This document shows positions 60,560 to 64,000 of a stretch of DNA of 64,000 bases, one piece after another. The notes below the pieces were generated by a model. The model saw only the letters and a program-made list of their open reading frames with translations. It was not told where the DNA came from and ran no database searches. The stretch's first letter is position 1. Each line of letters begins with the position of its first letter. The stretch spans positions 62,001 to 126,000 of the forward strand of contig MU058645.1 in the NCBI GenBank assembly GCA_013265495.1, given 5' to 3'. Source of the DNA: Vicugna vicugna. Its lineage: Eukaryota. A program made the position numbers and the translations under genes.

Positions 60560-61305
60560 TTAAAGCATTTAAAAATTATGATTATTTAACCCACACTTAG
60601 GTAAACTTCTGTAAGAACATTGATGAGAAGCAGAAGGGATCTTCAGTAAAATCTCTCTTTTGATTTTGAGGTAACCAGACTTCCCTTTCAGTTTTCCACA
60701 GTTAAGAGCACACCTCACGGAGGACTTAGGGAAGACGGTGTGGTAGGAGCACCCCGAAACAGTCTCCCCATCTCCACAGCAATTACACTGGCAGAATCTG
60801 ATGGAACTACTTTGGAACGCGAGTCTATTGAAGGCTTGCAAATTCCAGGGGAAGACTTGGACAGCAAATTGTGGTTGATCTGCTTAATTTTATCTCTTAG
60901 CTCAATAGCAGCTACCCATCCGCCACCCTACCCATTCCCATCCCCCACTCAGGGTCGGCAAATAGGACCCCGCCCCCCGAATAGCATGCCAGTGACCTTT
61001 ATTTTCTCCCACAAAATTTTCTCTTTTGGAAGCTAGACATTAAAGGCTATGTATATACGAGGAAAATTAGAAAGTAATCATGAACTCACTAGCTTGGAAA
61101 GCACCTGAGAAGACCTTAAGTTTACATCTCAGGTTGATCCTTGCTGTGTAGACAAGCAGAAAAAGCAAAAGCAATAAACATAACCAATAGCAAAAGCCAG
61201 CAACCCCTGGGAAAGCAGAAGAATCTGGTTTCCAGGTGCCACATTGTTAGAGTCAAATGTTTAGTTAAAAAAAAAAAAAGAAGGCATGCAAGGAAACAAG
61301 AAACA
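60560..61305 (+). mobile_element. Old L1M 5' region remnant
   Basis: 'gagtctattgaaggcttgcaaattccagggg', 'gaatctggtttccaggtgccacatt', 'aggcatgcaaggaaacaagaaa'. Confidence 0.7.
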
Positions 61306-62608
61306 CTGCTTGTTATTTTGGTGGAGCTGATTTCTGCCTAGAGCGTTTCATTGGCCAGTGGTCCCGTGCGTGGATTAAATCTGAGCACACACATCACAGT
61401 GTTGATAGAGAGGTGTTTGATGACCAGGCACTTCACAGATAATATAGAGGCAGGGGAATTTGGAATGGGGAAGGATGATGGACAAGCAGAAGGGAGAACC
61501 CCCCCAAAGACAAACCGAATGGTGTTGCCCTAAGCAGGCCCTGAAGCGGTGGAGTGACATCTCTTACTGTCATTGCTGCCAGTGATTTAACATGGTCACT
61601 AGTCCTGCTGTGTAACGTTCCAGGCTGGCCCTGGGAATCACTGCCAGTCGCTGAGGTGTCATCACTGAGCAAAAGCATGTTATCAGCAGCCTCTACCCTC
61701 TGGCTGCCTCTAGTGCCCATAAAAGTTGTCTGACCTCATTTACTCACCTGCCCCGGCAGAACAATGAGAAAAACGATGATGCTCACAGCGGCTCCGACAG
61801 CGGGAACCTGGCGCCTCTTAGGGAAGGGAGAGATCAAGACTTGAGAGTGGGCGAGATGAAGGGAATTTGCAGATTCTTCCTTTATTTTTCCCCTAATGGT
61901 GCTTTCAGAAAGTAGAGTGAGAATTCAGATACTGGCTCTTGTAATTACTTGGTGAATGATAAATAGAAGAAAGCATTTTAAAAATAGGATTCGAATATAG
62001 GAGCAAAACTTTATGGAAAAGGATTATTTCTTTGGGTCCTCTTTATGTGTTATTAAATTTTAAACTTCTGCGCTTCCACTCAAACTGTGGGACACAATGA
62101 ATCATGAAAAAAATGTTATACAAATAGTTTATTTTTCAAATAATGTTTAGATACAGCTAATAAAAATCATATACCTAGTAGATGAATTTGATTATATTAT
62201 TACACATATTTGCTATGATTGAACATTAACTTGATATCAGATGTATAAATTAAATTAAATATTACAATTGTATTACATCCTTTTGTTGCAATATTGTTAC
62301 ATACCTATTTATATAAAATTATACTTTTAACTTATACTTTGTCTCTGCGGAAAAAAATTATAAATATAATTTTTCCAGAAATTATTGAAATTTTGTAGAA
62401 AATTGCCAGCCTTGAATTCCAAAAAATTAGACTTTTAAACAAATTATATTTACTATTTAAAATAAAATGACTGAGAATCTTTAAATTTTCAAAATTAAAT
62501 ATCTCAAAACTTTTGAAAATATTACATATTTTGTACTGATGGAGAAGTTATTTTTATTTTAACATAAAATAAAAATGTAATCCTCACTTGGTACTACAAA
62601 GCTTTGAA

Positions 62609-62643
62609 ACACACAAACACACACACACATACACACACACACA
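62609..62643. repeat. Imperfect (CA)n microsatellite
   Basis: 'acacacaaacacacacacacatacacacacacaca'. Confidence 0.9.
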
Positions 62644-63289
62644 GAAAGATATAAGGAGACAGAGAGAGTTTCTGAGGAGGATTTTAGTGTCAAGGTAAAT
62701 AAATTGGTATCAGAGCTTTCCCTGCTGTTACAGGATGTTGCAGGTGGAGGCACATTTTCCCTTCTCCTGTGACAACTAGTGACATTAACACGGTCAAAAA
62801 AGGAGACATTTTAAAAGATATGTGAGGTCTCGTTAACTGAGAGGATCAGAAAGACTATAATGTCCAGTAGAAAAATGTTTTTTCTAAGTAAACTGAATCA
62901 ATGGAAATTTATTTTCTTTCAGAAAATTTCTTGACTCAGGGAGCAGGCTAAGAACCAGGCTTGCGGTGGGCAGAAGATCACTGAAGAAAGCAATGAAGTT
63001 CTGAAGGACACCTGGGCTGACACAATGGATTGAAATTAGAGGAACTCCAAATGCACGCTCCTGTTTCCTTTGCAGAATGTTTGATGGAAGCTGAGACAAA
63101 TGCGAACCTTGAGAATGGACTGAAATACAGATTTAATCATCTTCAGTGTTCACAGTGCTTAGAAAACGAAGTCTCAATAAAGAGGCTCAATTTCAACACA
63201 TTTGAAACTGAAATCCAGTCTGAATGCAACAAAATTCATTACTGTATTGACTTGATCAGCCCCCTCATCCAATCTGTCTAATAAACAAA

Positions 63290-64000
63290 TGAGAAAAACC
63301 GTATCTATGGAGAAATAATATTGATTTTCTTCTCTACAGTTTATTAAAACATAAGGCCCACTTTAAGTAATTACAAGAAATGTAAAGATGTAGGAAAACA
63401 TAACGTGTAACTAAGCAAAAAACAAGTAATAGAAGCCAATCCACTGTTGACTTAGAAGTTAGCAGGCAATGACTTTAAAGTAGCTAATGTAAACTTGTCT
63501 TAATACAGAGACAAATACAGAAAAGAGAATTTAATGAGGAGTTGGAATCTACAAAAAAGGATCAAAAGAACACTCTACAGCTAAATAATAAAACATATAA
63601 AATTAAGACTTCATTGGGTGGTTTTAACAGCAGGCTGGACACAATTTTAAGCAAAATTAGTAAAATGAAAGACAAATAGAAAATATACAAATTAAAGCAC
63701 CAAAAGGAGAAATAAAAGAAAAATTATAGATAGAACAACATATAAGAAATGGATAAACATGGTTAAATGGTCTCATATACGTACATTTGGAGGCTGAGAA
63801 CTAGACTAAAACAAAAGCAAAAACTGAATACCAAAAGGTTGAGAATTTTCCAATAATGATCAAATATATCAATGTTAAATCTATATAGAATAAATACGAA
63901 GAAAAACTTATCTAGGCACATTATAGTCAAAGTGCTGAACGTGGAAGTTAAAACTCAGGAAGAAACGAAGAGTAGAAAACGCAAACGAGGATAAACATTA
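63290..64000 (+). mobile_element. Old L1M ORF1 remnant running off the window end
   Basis: 'gaagttagcaggcaatgactttaaagtagcta', 'cattgggtggttttaacagcaggctggacaca', 'tctaggcacattatagtcaaagtgctgaa'. Confidence 0.8.

Noticed and set aside
4999..61556. Shared 15-mer 'cctgaagcggtggag' near 5.0 kb and 61.5 kb
   Set aside because: One or two exact 15-mer matches are expected by chance in 64 kb, and the flanks do not align.
63030..63285. 83-aa ORF with an internal acceptor-like site and AATAAA at its stop (possible terminal exon)
   Set aside because: It lies directly upstream of L1 ORF1 remnants and is probably decayed L1 5' sequence; no homology recognised.
1..64000. Protein-coding genes from the ORF track
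   Set aside because: All ORFs are 182 aa or shorter, many use non-ATG starts, none resembles a protein family I recognise, and the longest lie in GC peaks or repeats. Short internal exons of a large gene cannot be excluded by eye.

Overview
This is non-coding mammalian genomic DNA, most likely camelid (alpaca/llama/camel). The taxon call rests on a tRNA-derived SINE of the vic-1 type at 10.8-10.95 kb and on cetartiodactyl-type L1 3' tails. I recognise no protein-coding gene, RNA gene or CRISPR array, and the supplied ORFs look like chance frames or repeat-derived frames. The window is mostly a patchwork of old repeats (L1M, L2, MIR, MaLR/MLT1, MER21, hAT-Charlie) plus younger insertions with visible target-site duplications (TSDs): four ERV1-type solo LTRs, short L1 tails and the SINE. 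Repeat family names come from recalled consensus sequences, not a database search, and boundaries without a TSD are approximate. I found no convincing new biological system. The items most worth checking are: (1) sharp GC/CpG peaks that lie inside ancient repeats, consistent with fossil GC-biased gene conversion; (2) an almost identical ~335-bp tandem duplication that may be an assembly artefact; (3) a probable L1 3' transduction; (4) a solo LTR with an intact-looking NF-Y/octamer/TATA promoter; (5) a cluster of strong splice signals at 58.4-59.0 kb.
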